Below are positions 9,416-21,300 of a stretch of 64,000 nt of DNA, one piece after another (position 1 is the stretch's first letter; every line of letters begins with the position of its first letter). The stretch lies in assembly GCA_964356545.1 (NCBI GenBank), contig CAYHHX010000001.1, positions 1,918 to 65,917 on the forward strand, in the 5' to 3' direction. This DNA is from an uncultured Candidatus Saccharibacteria bacterium. GTDB taxonomy: Bacteria; Patescibacteriota; Minisyncoccia; Minisyncoccales; Staskawiczbacteraceae. A program made the position numbers and the translations under genes. The notes below the pieces were generated by a model that worked only from the letters and a program-made list of their open reading frames with translations, had not been told where the DNA came from and searched no databases.

Positions 9416-11083
9416 GTGATAAAAAAATTACTTAATATCCAAACAAAAAGCGTCAGTTTTGCCTCTTTAATTTTGGCAGGATCTTATTTTTTTTCCGCAT
9501 TATTAGGATTGTTAAGAGACCGTCTTTTAGCTGGTAAATTTGGTGCGGGTAATGAATTAGACGTATATTATACTGCTTTCACTATTCCCGATTTTATTGT
9601 TTTAATTTTAATTTTTGGCGCGATATCGTCAGCAATTGTTCCCATATTTACTTCTTATATTAATAAATCAAAAGAAGAGGCATGGCATTATACTTCAGCC
9701 CTTTTAAATGTATTTTTAGTTTTTTTAATTATTACTTGTTTATTTTTTATAATCTTTACCCCCTTTTTTGTATCGTTAATTGCGCCGGGATTTTCAGAAA
9801 GTAAAAAGGAAATGACGGTAACACTGATGAGAATAATGTTTTTGAGCCCTATACTTTTAGGTACCAGTAATATCATTAGCGGTATTTTACAAGTGTTTCA
9901 TAGATTTTTAGCTACCGCATTGGCGCCTTTAATGTACAACCTCGGGATTATTATTGGTATTGTATTTTTTACTCCAAAGCTTGGTTTGACAGGCCTTGCA
10001 TGGGGGGTAGTGCTGGGCGGGATATTACACCTTTCAATACAGATTCCGGCTATTTTACACTCTGGATTCAAGTATACGCCTTTTAAGCCAGGTCAAAAAA
10101 AACTTGATATAAAGCACCCAGGGGTTATAAAAACAATAAAATTAATGCTGCCAAGGTCGCTAGGCTTAGGAGCTAGCCAATTTAATAATATTACTATCAC
10201 GGCTATTGCATCTACTCTGGCCACTGGCAGTGTAGCCATATTTAATTTAGCAAATAATCTGGGTTCTATTTTAGTAAATGCTATTGCTATTTCACTTTCA
10301 ACCGCTATTTTCCCAAAAATGTCTTTAGCGTATTTAAGAGAAGATAAAAGAGAATTTGAAAAAAAGTTTTCTTCGGCGCTTCGCCAAATATTATTTCTAA
10401 TTATCCCAATTAGTATTTTATTGTTTATTTTAAGGGCACAAATAATAAGAGTGGTATTTGGAACTGGTAAATTTGATTGGCTTGATACAAGACTTACTGC
10501 TGCCTGCCTTGGTATTTTTAGCGTAGGATTATTTGCCCAGGGCATTATTTTTATTTTATCAAAAACTTTTTACGCCGCCCACAACACAAAAATTCCCGCA
10601 TGGATAAGTTTTATTGCTGTTGTTTTTAACATTTCTGCTAGTATTTTTTTTGTTAAGCTTTTAAATGCTTCCGGAACATTTTTTAATTTTATGCAAAATA
10701 TATTAAGGCTTGAAGGCATACATAATATTAGTATAGTCGGGTTGTCGCTGGCATATTCAATTACCGTAATTTTTCAAGCCAGTTTACTTTTATATTTCCT
10801 TTATAAAAAATATAAAACATTCAGGATAAAAGAAATATTAGGTTCTGTGTATAAAATTTTATTATCAAGCGCAATAATGGTAATTTTTGTGCTTTTGGTC
10901 AGACAATCATTGGTAAATTATAATTTTATCCAATTGCAGACATTTTTCGGGGTATTTATGCAGCTCGTAATATCGGGCACAGTTGGCGCATTTTTTTATA
11001 TTATTACCGCTTACTTTTTCAAATCACCTGAATTAAAAACAATTAAAGAGTCTTTTTTTAATGGAAAATCAAAACCAAATTAG
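9416..11083 (+). CDS. murJ: Lipid II flippase MurJ (MviN)
   Basis: LLGLLRD...FGAG, AFTIPD, FYAAHNTKIP; many TM helices. Confidence 0.92.
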   Translation: MIKKLLNIQTKSVSFASLILAGSYFFSALLGLLRDRLLAGKFGAGNELDVYYTAFTIPDFIVLILIFGAISSAIVPIFTSYINKSKEEAWHYTSALLNVFLVFLIITCLFFIIFTPFFVSLIAPGFSESKKEMTVTLMRIMFLSPILLGTSNIISGILQVFHRFLATALAPLMYNLGIIIGIVFFTPKLGLTGLAWGVVLGGILHLSIQIPAILHSGFKYTPFKPGQKKLDIKHPGVIKTIKLMLPRSLGLGASQFNNITITAIASTLATGSVAIFNLANNLGSILVNAIAISLSTAIFPKMSLAYLREDKREFEKKFSSALRQILFLIIPISILLFILRAQIIRVVFGTGKFDWLDTRLTAACLGIFSVGLFAQGIIFILSKTFYAAHNTKIPAWISFIAVVFNISASIFFVKLLNASGTFFNFMQNILRLEGIHNISIVGLSLAYSITVIFQASLLLYFLYKKYKTFRIKEILGSVYKILLSSAIMVIFVLLVRQSLVNYNFIQLQTFFGVFMQLVISGTVGAFFYIITAYFFKSPELKTIKESFFNGKSKPN

Positions 11084-12866
11084 AAACTTTTCAATAATTG
11101 CTCATATAGACCATGGTAAATCAACATTAGCTGACCGTCTTTTGGAGTTGACCCATACAATAGAATCTAAAAAAATGAAACCTCAATTTTTAGATAGCAT
11201 GGAATTAGAAAGAGAGAAGGGAATTACAATAAAATTAAAATCAATCCGAATGAACTATAATTATTTGGGTGCAGATTATATTTTGAATTTAGTTGATACT
11301 CCGGGGCATGTTGATTTTACTTATGAAGTTTCCAGGTCACTCGCCGCCGTTGAAGGAACTGTGCTATTGGTGGATGCTGGCCAAGGAATACAGGCTCAAA
11401 CTTTGGCAAATTTAGAATTAGCAAAAAAACAAAACTTAATAATTATTCCGGTTATAAATAAAATTGATTTACCACAGGCAAAAATAGAAGAAGTCGTTGA
11501 AGAATTAGTTAATCTTTTAAAAATTGACGAAAGTGAAATTTTGAAAATTTCTGCTAAAACTGGAGAAAATATTGAGCAGGTTTTAAAAGCTGTGATTGAA
11601 CGGATCCCGGCTCCAAAAAAAGAAAATTTAGAAAAACCATTTAGAGCTTTAATTTTTGATTCAGATTACGACGCTTTTAAGGGAATTATTGCTTTTATTA
11701 GAGTTGTAGACGGTGAAATTGAAAACAATCAAAAAATTAAACTTTTTGCATCTAATACTCCAGCAGAAATAAAAGAATTGGGTTATTTTAATCCAGGCCG
11801 TTCTCCTCAAAATAGACTTTACGCAGGTGAAATAGGATATATTGCCACTGGCATTAAAGAGCCAGGGAAAGTTAGGGCAGGAGATACTATTATAAAACTT
11901 CAATTTCCGAGTCTCAATATTGAGCCATTACCAGGATATCATGAACCAAGGCCAATGGTTTTTGCCAGTTTTTATCCAGAAGATCCAGACGATTTTGATT
12001 TATTAAAGGACGCTTTATCAAAATTAAAACTCAATGATCCAGCCTTAACTTTTGAGCCAGAAAAAAAAGAGGCGTTAGGCAGGGGATTCACAGTTGGGTT
12101 TTTAGGAACTTTGCATGTTGAAATTGTGGCGGAAAGATTAAGGCGGGAATTTAATTTGAATTTGGTAATTTCAACGCCATCTGTTGTTTTTAAAATTATT
12201 GATATTAATGGAGCGGAAAAATTTATTTATTCGGCTTCCGATTGGCCAGATGCAAGTAAAATTAAGGAAACTCAAGAACCATGGGTTTTGTTGGAGATAA
12301 TAACTCCGTCTACATATTTGGGTAAATTAATGGAAATTTTAAAAAATCTTAACGGTATTTATGTTGATACGCAATACCTTTCTACTGAAAGGGCAATTAT
12401 AATTTATGAAATTCCTTTAAGAGGAGTTGTGACCGGGCTCTATGATAAAATAAAGAGCATAAGTCAGGGTTATGCGTCAATGAATTATAAAATGTCGGGA
12501 TTAAAACCAGCTAAATTAGTGAAAATGGAAATTTGGATTGCAGGTAAAAAAGAAGAAGCTTTATCAAAAATTATTTCTGAAAATGAGGCTCATAAAGAAG
12601 GTAAGTTTGTTGTTGAAAAACTAAAAGAAGTTTTAGAGCCAGAACAATTTTCTGTTGCTTTGCAGGCAGTTGTTTCCGGTAAAGTTTTGGCCAGAGAAAC
12701 AATTAAGGCTCGTAGAAAAGATGTGACTGGTTATTTGTATGGAGGCGATATTACCAGAAAAAGAAAGCTTTTAGAAAAACAAAAAAAGGGTAAAAAGTTA
12801 ATGAAAGGCAAGGGTACAGTGCAAGTTCCAACAAAAGCATTTTTAGAGATATTTAAGAATCAGTAA
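11061..12866 (+). CDS. lepA: Elongation factor 4
   Basis: IRNFSIIAHIDHGKSTLADR, DTPGHVDF, GFLGTLH, YGGDITRKRKLLEKQK. Confidence 0.97.
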   Translation: MENQNQIRNFSIIAHIDHGKSTLADRLLELTHTIESKKMKPQFLDSMELEREKGITIKLKSIRMNYNYLGADYILNLVDTPGHVDFTYEVSRSLAAVEGTVLLVDAGQGIQAQTLANLELAKKQNLIIIPVINKIDLPQAKIEEVVEELVNLLKIDESEILKISAKTGENIEQVLKAVIERIPAPKKENLEKPFRALIFDSDYDAFKGIIAFIRVVDGEIENNQKIKLFASNTPAEIKELGYFNPGRSPQNRLYAGEIGYIATGIKEPGKVRAGDTIIKLQFPSLNIEPLPGYHEPRPMVFASFYPEDPDDFDLLKDALSKLKLNDPALTFEPEKKEALGRGFTVGFLGTLHVEIVAERLRREFNLNLVISTPSVVFKIIDINGAEKFIYSASDWPDASKIKETQEPWVLLEIITPSTYLGKLMEILKNLNGIYVDTQYLSTERAIIIYEIPLRGVVTGLYDKIKSISQGYASMNYKMSGLKPAKLVKMEIWIAGKKEEALSKIISENEAHKEGKFVVEKLKEVLEPEQFSVALQAVVSGKVLARETIKARRKDVTGYLYGGDITRKRKLLEKQKKGKKLMKGKGTVQVPTKAFLEIFKNQ

Positions 12867-12936
12867 TTTTTTTAGTTGATTTTATCTATTTTTATGTTAG
12901 AATGATAAGACAGGGGTGAGGATTCACCCCATATAC

Positions 12937-13007
12937 AGCGCCTTGGAGGAGTAGTACCTCGGCAGTCTCATAAGCTGCAGGCCCCCGTGCAATTCGGGGA
13001 GGCGCAA
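12937..13007 (+). tRNA. tRNA with CAT anticodon, atypical, initiator-like (A1:A72 mismatch)
   Basis: Cloverleaf AGCGCCT / GAGG-CCTC / GCAGT-CTCATAA-GCTGC / CCCCG-TGCAATT-CGGGG / AGGCGCA-A. Confidence 0.75.
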
Positions 13008-13027
13008 CATTAAGGGTTATGGGATTA

Positions 13028-13100
13028 GCCGGGGTAGTTCAGTGGTTAGAACGCAGCACTCATAACGCTGAAGTCGTGGGTTCGATTCCCACCCTCGGCA
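13028..13100 (+). tRNA. tRNA-Met(CAT), probably elongator (Ile2 not excluded)
   Basis: GCCGGGG/CCTCGGC acceptor stem, CTCATAA loop, GGTTCGATTCC T-arm. Confidence 0.9.
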
Positions 13101-13122
13101 CAAATTTGATAGATTTAATTTT

Positions 13123-13198
13123 GCGGGTGTAGTTCAGCCTGGTTTAGAATATTCCCCTGTCACGGGAAAGATCACGGGTTCAAATCCCGTCACCCGCG
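13123..13198 (+). tRNA. tRNA-Asp(GTC)
   Basis: GCGGGTG/CACCCGC acceptor stem, G73, CTGTCAC anticodon loop, GGTTCAAATCC. Confidence 0.93.
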
Positions 13199-13386
13199 CA
13201 AATTCCAGTTCGTTTATTTTTCCCTCGTAAAGTAGGTTCCAATATTTTATAGGACTATAGTACATTAGAGCCTTTTATCCCTAAAAAGCGTTTTTAGTTG
13301 CATTTTTGTTATAAAATAGGCAGAATAGAATAATGTGTTTTAAGATTAGTTTTATGATATAATTTCTTAAAACAAGAAAATAAAAT

Positions 13387-13893
13387 ATGAGTTACGAAAA
13401 TGTACCATTTGGCGCTCCTGAAAAGTTTAATGTCGTGGTTGAAATCCAAAAAGGTGGCCAGGTGAAGTACGAATACGATGAAGCGTGGCATGAAATAAAA
13501 GTAAGTACTATTTTTAAAAATGGATTTTGTTTTCCGTTTGACTATGGATATGTGCCACAGACTCGTGGTGGAGATGGTGACCAGCTTGATGTATTTGTAT
13601 TGGGCTCACAGTCTGTTCAAATGGGGGCGGTTGTTGAATGTCGTTCGATTGGAATGATTGAGTTAATTGATAGGGGTGAAAAAGATGATAAAATTTTAGC
13701 AATTCCTTTGAATGATTTAGGTTTTGAGAATATTAAAACATTAGAAGATTTACCTTTTGACTACAAATCTATTTTCGAAACATTTTTTAAAGAGTTAGCG
13801 ATTCAAAGGAATAAGACAATGGAAATTAGGGGGTATAAAGATAAATCAGTTGCAATCGAAGAATTAAAAATGGCACACAAAAATTTTAAATAA
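13387..13893 (+). CDS. ppa: Family I inorganic pyrophosphatase
   Basis: KYEYD, PFDYGYVPQT, DGDQLDV, DDKIL. Confidence 0.9.
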   Translation: MSYENVPFGAPEKFNVVVEIQKGGQVKYEYDEAWHEIKVSTIFKNGFCFPFDYGYVPQTRGGDGDQLDVFVLGSQSVQMGAVVECRSIGMIELIDRGEKDDKILAIPLNDLGFENIKTLEDLPFDYKSIFETFFKELAIQRNKTMEIRGYKDKSVAIEELKMAHKNFK

Positions 13894-13896
13894 ACT

Positions 13897-14370
13897 ATGA
13901 AAATAACAATTTGTGGCAGTATCGGTTTTTATCAGGAAATGGAATCAGCAAGAGATGAGCTTATTCAGCACGGACACGAAGTAAAAATACCAGAGCTTAC
14001 TCTTGAAGTTCCGCAAGAGTTTGGCAGTGGTAAGAAAGTGTATTTTGGGCAGTATATTGAACAAAATGGAGGTATCGATGCATTTCCTGCTGGACATGCA
14101 ATATGGAATTTGAAAGAGGGGGCAATTAAAGATCATTATGAAAAAGTTGATTGGTGTGATGCTGTTTTAATCGTTAACCAAGAAAAGCGTGGTATTCAAG
14201 GATATGTCGGAGGTAATACTCTTATTGAGATTGGCGTTGCTTTTTACCTCAAAAAGAAAATATACATATTAAATCCAGTGTCTTCTGAACTTTCTTATAA
14301 GCAAGAGATTATGGGGATGAAACCAAAAATTTTAAATAATAATTTGAGTTTGATAAATCATGAAAATTAG
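13897..14370 (+). CDS. Nucleoside 2-deoxyribosyltransferase-like / Rossmannoid hypothetical protein
   Basis: ITICGS start, DAVLIVN, GYVGGNTLIEIGVAFYLKKKI. Confidence 0.6.
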   Translation: MKITICGSIGFYQEMESARDELIQHGHEVKIPELTLEVPQEFGSGKKVYFGQYIEQNGGIDAFPAGHAIWNLKEGAIKDHYEKVDWCDAVLIVNQEKRGIQGYVGGNTLIEIGVAFYLKKKIYILNPVSSELSYKQEIMGMKPKILNNNLSLINHEN

Positions 14371-14833
14371 AAATAAAGCCATTCCGGCAGTATATATTTT
14401 ACTGGAAAAAGATGGAAAAGTTTTGCTTGGCAGGCGTTGTAATACCGGTTATCAAGACGGTAATTATCAGGTTCCTGCCGGCCACGTCGAAGAAGGAGAA
14501 TTACCAACAGAAGCTATTATTAGAGAGGCAAAAGAAGAAGTGAATGTGGATTTAAGTTTAAGTGGCATAGAATTAGTGCATGTAGGATATCGGCCAAAAC
14601 ATGACCCCAGCGGAGACCGTATAGATTTTTACTTTAAAGCCAAAAAATGGAGTGGAGAAATTAAAAACATGGAACCAGATAAGTGTGAAGACTTAAACTT
14701 TGTTTCTTGGGATAACCTGCCAGAAAACACAGTATTTCATGTTCATGAAGCATTTAAGTGTATTCAGAAGGGAGTATTTTATAATGAAATTGGCATAGAT
14801 TTTTTGAAAGAGAAGGGGCTTTATAGTCTTTAA
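14360..14833 (+). CDS. NUDIX hydrolase
   Basis: Nudix box GHVEEGELPTEAIIREAKEEV; NMEPDKC. Confidence 0.9.
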   Translation: MKIRNKAIPAVYILLEKDGKVLLGRRCNTGYQDGNYQVPAGHVEEGELPTEAIIREAKEEVNVDLSLSGIELVHVGYRPKHDPSGDRIDFYFKAKKWSGEIKNMEPDKCEDLNFVSWDNLPENTVFHVHEAFKCIQKGVFYNEIGIDFLKEKGLYSL

Positions 14834-14842
14834 ATGAAGGCG

Positions 14843-14985
14843 GATTATTGGACTAAATTTATCATTTCCACATTCGGAAACTCATTAATAAACCAAGTTC
14901 TAATGTTGGACCACTGGCTGTGCATACGCACAAGTCTGAACTCGTTTGATTGGTAGGAGGGCTTTTGTCCTTATTATCTCCGTTT
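14843..14985 (-). pseudogene. 3' remnant of an unidentified minus-strand gene; second copy at 59525-59637
   Basis: Minus strand reads PSYQSNEFRLVRMHSQWSNIRTWFINEFPNVEMINLVQ*; shares ATAAACCAAGTT-CTAAT(G/A)TTGGACCAC with the 59.5-kb copy. Confidence 0.45.
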
Positions 14986-15025
14986 TCAAACACTTATCAA
15001 ATGTGAGCGGCAGTAATGCCGTCTT

Positions 15026-15252
15026 TTTTGAAAATATTGATTATTTTATTGATAGATGGTACCATAAATAAAGTAAAGGTAATGGAAATAAGAAAACAGA
15101 TTTTTATTTATAAAAATTCAAAGGTTGAAAATTTAATGTTTCAAGTTTTTTCTATTATTTATCATAAATATCACGAGAAAAGTTTTTCTCTTTTAAAAAA
15201 TATTTCTGGAAGTTTTATTTAAAAATACACCCATTAGTGGGTGTATTTTTTT
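15026..15252 (+). repeat. Promoter/leader-ORF/terminator module, diverged copy 1
   Basis: Encodes KQIFIYKNSKVENLMFQVFS...KYHEKSFSLLKNISGSFI*; terminator AAAAATACACCC...GGGTGTATTTTT; start codon degenerate. Confidence 0.8.
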
Positions 15253-15266
15253 GGGGACATCTTAGA

Positions 15267-15287
15267 AAACGGTGGCTGTTCTCATTT
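15267..15287 (+). repeat. REP-like 21-mer, forward copy
   Basis: AAACGGTGGCTGTTCTCATTT followed by a C tract. Confidence 0.75.
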
Positions 15288-15348
15288 CTGCCCCCCCAAC
15301 AAATTAACTTTATTTTGAAATATTATTTAATAATCAATATAATCAAAG

Positions 15349-18300
15349 TTGAGTATGAATAAAATAAAAAACAATTTTCATAAAAATAAATTAGCATTCA
15401 GTAAAAAAGTGACGGCATATTTATTGATTGCATTATTTTTCTATTTTCCCTTAGAGTCGGTTTTTGCAGAAGAAAATATATCAGAAAATATAAACAAAGA
15501 AGAAACTTCGGCAAGCCAACTAGTCGATTCCGAAAAAAATAATCAAGAGAAACCTCTAGCAGAAAAAAATATTATCGGGGATACTAAAAATAATATTCAA
15601 CAAAAAGGTGAGCGTAAAAATAACGAGAAAGAAGATAATACAGACAAAAAAGAACGCAACAAGAAAAAGAAAAATGATTCGGATGATGAAGAATTAATCC
15701 AAGCGCAAGCTGCGGGTTCATCTTCAGGTTCATCTAATAATAATCAGTTTGCGTTTAACCCGGCCGCAAAGATAATGATGCCAGAAGCCGATACCACCAC
15801 CGGCGCGCTGGTGTATTCTTATCCTATCGAAGTGCCGTCGGGCAGAAATGGCATGGCTCCGAAAGTTTCACTGTATTATAATTCTCAGAAAAATGACAAT
15901 GCTTCAATAGTAGGATTTGGCTGGGATTTGGACATTCCCAAAATAGAAAGGGTTAACAAGCACGGAGTTAATAAATTATATGATTACCAAGATTTCCAAT
16001 CTTCGCTTTCCGGCGAGTTGGTGAATGTTTCCGGAAATGATTATGGCGCAAAAATAGAAAATGGTTCTTTTCTGAAATACCAATTAAATAATGAGATATG
16101 GACTACCACGGATAAAAAAGGCACTATTTACAAGTTTGGAAGTTCTAACTCATCAAAAATTTATAATTTATCAGATACAAGCAAAATTTACTCTTGGTAC
16201 TTAGATGAAATTATAGACACTAATGGAAATTTCATAAAATATACTTATATAAAAGATAATACTGATAATTTTTTGTACCCTGATAAAATAATTTATACAG
16301 GCAACGGAGAACTATCGGGGATTTTTTCAGTTGAATTTAAAAAAGAATCCAGGCCGGATTCCTATACAATCAATAACGCCGGTTTTTATCAAAAAATAGA
16401 TGAAAGAATTAATTCCATAGAAACATATATAGCCGGTAATTTAAACAGAAAGTATGATTTAACATACGGAATGGGAGACAACGGGAAGCGTTCTATGTTA
16501 GAAAAAATAACTGAAAGCGGGAGAGACAATCTTGGCATTACCGCCACCTTGCCATCTTTTGACATTGCCTATACCGAAGGAAATATTGGCTTGGCAGATG
16601 CTCCGTCAATCAGTTATCCGTGGGTTACAGAAACCGATTCAAATGGAAATTCTTATACAACGCCTTTTACATTAGCCGATCAATCTATCAGGATCATAGA
16701 TATAAACGGCGATGGGTTAAAAGATATTGTTAAGTCGTCTGTTGCCTACGGGCAATGGGGAGCTATGTATCCAAATTTTTGGGTTTTAAAAAATAATGGG
16801 TCAGGGTGGGTAGTGGATAATTCATGGAGTCAACCAACATATTCTTATGTTAACGGTAGCGGAAGAACAATAAGCGAATATTTTACTTTTTCAAACGCAA
16901 TTGACGTTGGAGATTGGAATGGCGACGGCAAAGATGATTTGATTAAATTTTGGGTTGAAAATTTAGGCGGCGGAGCAAATAAACAACATGCAGTTGTTTT
17001 GTTAAATACTGGTGCAGGTTGGACACAAAATACAAATATAGAAACAGATACGCCGACCTATATGAGTTATAATGCCGGTATACAGAATTTATACCTTTAC
17101 TCTGGCTCAAGTGGCTCTAGTCGTTTCATTGATCTTAATGGCGATGGATTGATTGACTGTATCAATGCTTGGAACCATCAAATAAATGGCATTAATTATC
17201 CATCTTTTGCAGTATTATATAACGATGGTGAAGATTTAAAATGGGATCCTACAGTGCTTCAACTATATTTTAAGAATAGTCCAACTTCAGCAAGTAGTCC
17301 GCTTGCGTTAACTAACAGCATAAAAATATTAGATATTAACGGCGACGGACTTGTTGATTTTATGTCCGCTCATAATTACCAAATAAACGGTATTGATAAC
17401 CCATCATTTTGGGTGCTAATAAACAATGGGCATGGCTGGGACCAGGATTTTGGTATAACACATCCCCGATACACTGCTCTTGATGTGAATGATAACCTAC
17501 AAACAAATTACTTTAGCAGCACTTCGGGGTGGCAAGTTGTTGATATAAACGCAGACAATTTACCTGATTTTATTATATTTGCGCCACTTAATAGCGGAGG
17601 CGGAACATATAAAAAAAGGAAAACAGTTTTAATAAATACTGGCAAGGGATGGATCCAAGATGACAGTTTGATTAATATTGGGGACTATTCGTATACATAT
17701 AACGGCAGCACACAAACTAATTATCCTAGTTCCAGCGATGCCGGCAGCGCTTTTCTTGATATTAACGGCGATGGGTTGGTTGATATTGCTCACCCATCTT
17801 TTTATCAGCAACAGGGAATTTACTATACTATTAATTGGACGCTTATAGGAAGCGGTAAAATTGCCAACACTTTGTCAAAGATAACATTACCTGAAGGTGG
17901 CTCTTATGACATTGCATATAAAATGACAAGCGCATATAGGGATGTTTTGGGAAATTTACTGAATAGTAGTTTACTATTAGCATATAATACGGTTGAAAAA
18001 ATAATTCAAAATGATGGCAATGGCATAACGCATATTGCAAATTACAAATATGAGGGAGGACATTTTTTCTATGGTAGTGCTTTTAATAAGCGTTTTGCGG
18101 GATTTAGTATAATTTACAAAAACGATTTTGCGGGCAATACAACCAAAACTTATTATCATACAGCCAATCAAAGCGATTCTAATTACGGAGAATTTCAAGA
18201 CGAATATTGGAAAATTGGTAAAGCATATAGTATAGAACAATATGATAATGCAAACCACTTATATACTAAAACTATAAACAAATGGGACAGTTTTGATTTA

Positions 18301-21300
18301 GGTGGTGGTTCAAAGTTTTTAAAGTTAGCTCAAACCGTAAATTATAATTTTGATGGCGATGCCACTCATCGAGATACAGCTGAAGGTTATACTTACGACA
18401 ATTCCAATGGTAATGTCACCCAGAAAGTTCAATGGGGCGAAGTGTCGGGGCAAGACAATGGAACATTTACTGATACTGGATCTGACAAATTTACCACTGA
18501 CTACGCTTATGCCTCCAATGCAAGCTTATCTATTGTTGGATTGCCATCAAAAGAAACGATAACAGATCAAAACTCGTTGAAGGTAAAGGAAAGCAAGTTT
18601 TATTACGATCTGCAGGCCTTAGGTAGTATTATTCAAGGGAACCTTACCAAAAAAGAGGATTGGAAAGTTGGTACTGCTTATATTAATAACCAAACAACTT
18701 ATAACAGCTACGGCTTGGCAACCGTTTCAACAGATCCGCGAGGCAAAACCACCAAGTATGTGTATGATGCTCATAATCTCTATCCTGCCACAGTAACCAA
18801 TGCCAAAAATCAATCCACTAACTATTTGTATAACTATGCTTTAGGGAAAATGACCCAGAAGACCGATCCAAGTAAAAGGGTATTTCAGTATGTCTACGAT
18901 GGATTGGGGCGTCTCATTGAAGAAAAACAACCGGATATTGCAACACCTTCAACATTAATAACAAAGGCAATCTATGTGTATACCGACACTCCAAACGCAG
19001 TAAGTGTTAAAAAATCCAGTTATTTGGACGCATTAAATTTTGCAGAATCATACACGTATTTTGATGGTTTAGGCAGAAAAATTCAGGAAAGGCAGGAGGC
19101 CGAGGGTACAGTTTTTGCCGTAAAAGATTATATCTACAATAATTTGGGTCTGATTACAAAAGAATCTCTACCTTATTTTTCAGCAAATTTGTCTAAGACT
19201 TCGCCAACCATTGATTCTGCGCTCTATATCAATTACAAATATGATGCCCTGGGCCGTGTAGTTTCTGTAACCAATGCAGTTGGCACTACCACAAATATGT
19301 ACAATGATTGGAAGCTTACGGTAATCGATGTAGGTGGTAAGTCTAAAGATTTATATAAAAATGCTTATGGCAGTTTAGTGCAGGTTGATGAGCATAACTC
19401 CCTTGATACATATAGCACATTGTATAACTACAACTATTTAGGAAACATTACTAAGATTACTGATGCGCTTTCTAATATCCGTAAATTTACTTATGATGGT
19501 TTGGGCCGTAGGTTAACCGCAGAAGATTTGCATGTATCATCAGATACAAGTTATGGTATCTGGACATATACCTATGACAATGCAGGTAACTTGACCCAAA
19601 CACTAGATCCAAATGGCCAAAAAGTAATCTACACTTACGACAACCTTAATCGTGTTCTCAAAGAGGACTATATTGGCGTTACTGGTACAGAGGCTACCTA
19701 TGCCTATGATGCTGGAACAGACGGCATTGGTAAATTAACCAATGTTATTAATAGCTCAATTACTAAAAACTATACCTACAATGCTTTGGGTTTATTGAAA
19801 AAAGAAACAGATAAGTTTGGCCTTACTATCTACATCACGACATATAGTTACGATAGGCAAGGCAACCAGACTACAGTTACCAATCCAGATAATTCTAAGG
19901 TGCAATATATTTACAACACAGCAGGCTTGCTTGACCAGGTCAAACGCAAGGAATCCATTGATAGCGCGTTTGTTAGTGTTGTCAATAATTTTGATTATTC
20001 TCCCGAGGGCAAAGTTACTATTCAGGAAAACTATAACGGAACAACGAACACTAATACGTATGATGTTGCCAAGCTCTACCGATTAACTAGTAAAGTTGCC
20101 ACCACTGCTAACGGAGACCGCATCCAGGATTTAAGCTACACATATGATTTAGTAGGTAATATCACTAAAATTGTAGATGCGTCCACCACTGCAACCGCCA
20201 AAACTTCCGACTACACATATGATGACCTCTATCGTTTAACCTCTGTAACTGTAACAGGCGTTGCTGTTGGCCAAGAGCCATACATTCAAACGTATAGTTA
20301 TGATGCAATAGGAAATATCATTACAAAATCGGATGTTGTTGGATCTTATATATATGACGGTACTATCTACGCCAATCCCCATGCAGTCACTATCATTGGT
20401 TCTGCAACTTTTTCGTACGATAACAATGGCAATCTGTTAAACTCTACCAGCGGTTTTATTAATACATGGGACTATAAGAATCGTTTAATACAATCAGTCA
20501 AAGAAACAATAACAAACAGCTACGGATATGATGCCGAAGGCCAAAGAGTAAAATTAATTACCGCCGATAAAAACACTTATTATCCAACTAAATCCTATAA
20601 CATTACTTTTCTAAATTCTGATACCCAAAACCCAACATCTATTACAAAGCACATCTTTGCAAACAGCATAGACATTGCTACAATAGAAGGCACAGGGGCA
20701 ACTTCTCAAATCTACTACGCATCCAAGGATTTACTGAACAGCTCTAGCATCATAACCGACAGTGTTGGCGTAATTGCTGAGACTATGGATTACTTCCCAT
20801 TCGGCGGAATCAGAATAGACCAAAAAGTCACTGGCAGCTCTTTCTCGGAACAACGTAAATTCATCGGCCAGGAATACGACCAAGACACAGGCCTAAACTA
20901 TCTTAATGCGAGATACTACAACGCAACTATTGGAAGGTTCATTTCCCAAGACCCAATGTTTTGGCAACTGCCAAATGAGCTACTCGCCGACCCGCAACAA
21001 TTGAATTCCTATTCCTACGCCCGCAATAACCCGATAATAGGTAGTGACCCGAGCGGGTTATTAACCGTCATTGTTCCTGGAACCAGCTATAATTCAAAAG
21101 ATTGGTCGTCTTCTGGCTCGATGTCAAATTTTATCTCTTCAGTTGGCAAGACCTTCAATGAAACACATCAAACAAGTGTGATAAACGATAAAAGTAATTG
21201 GTCGGGTGGCGATAATTCTAATGCTCGTCAAAAAGCAGCAGAACATATCACAGGGTTTATAAAAGACTATAAGTTTGCTGATGGAGAACAGTTAAACATT

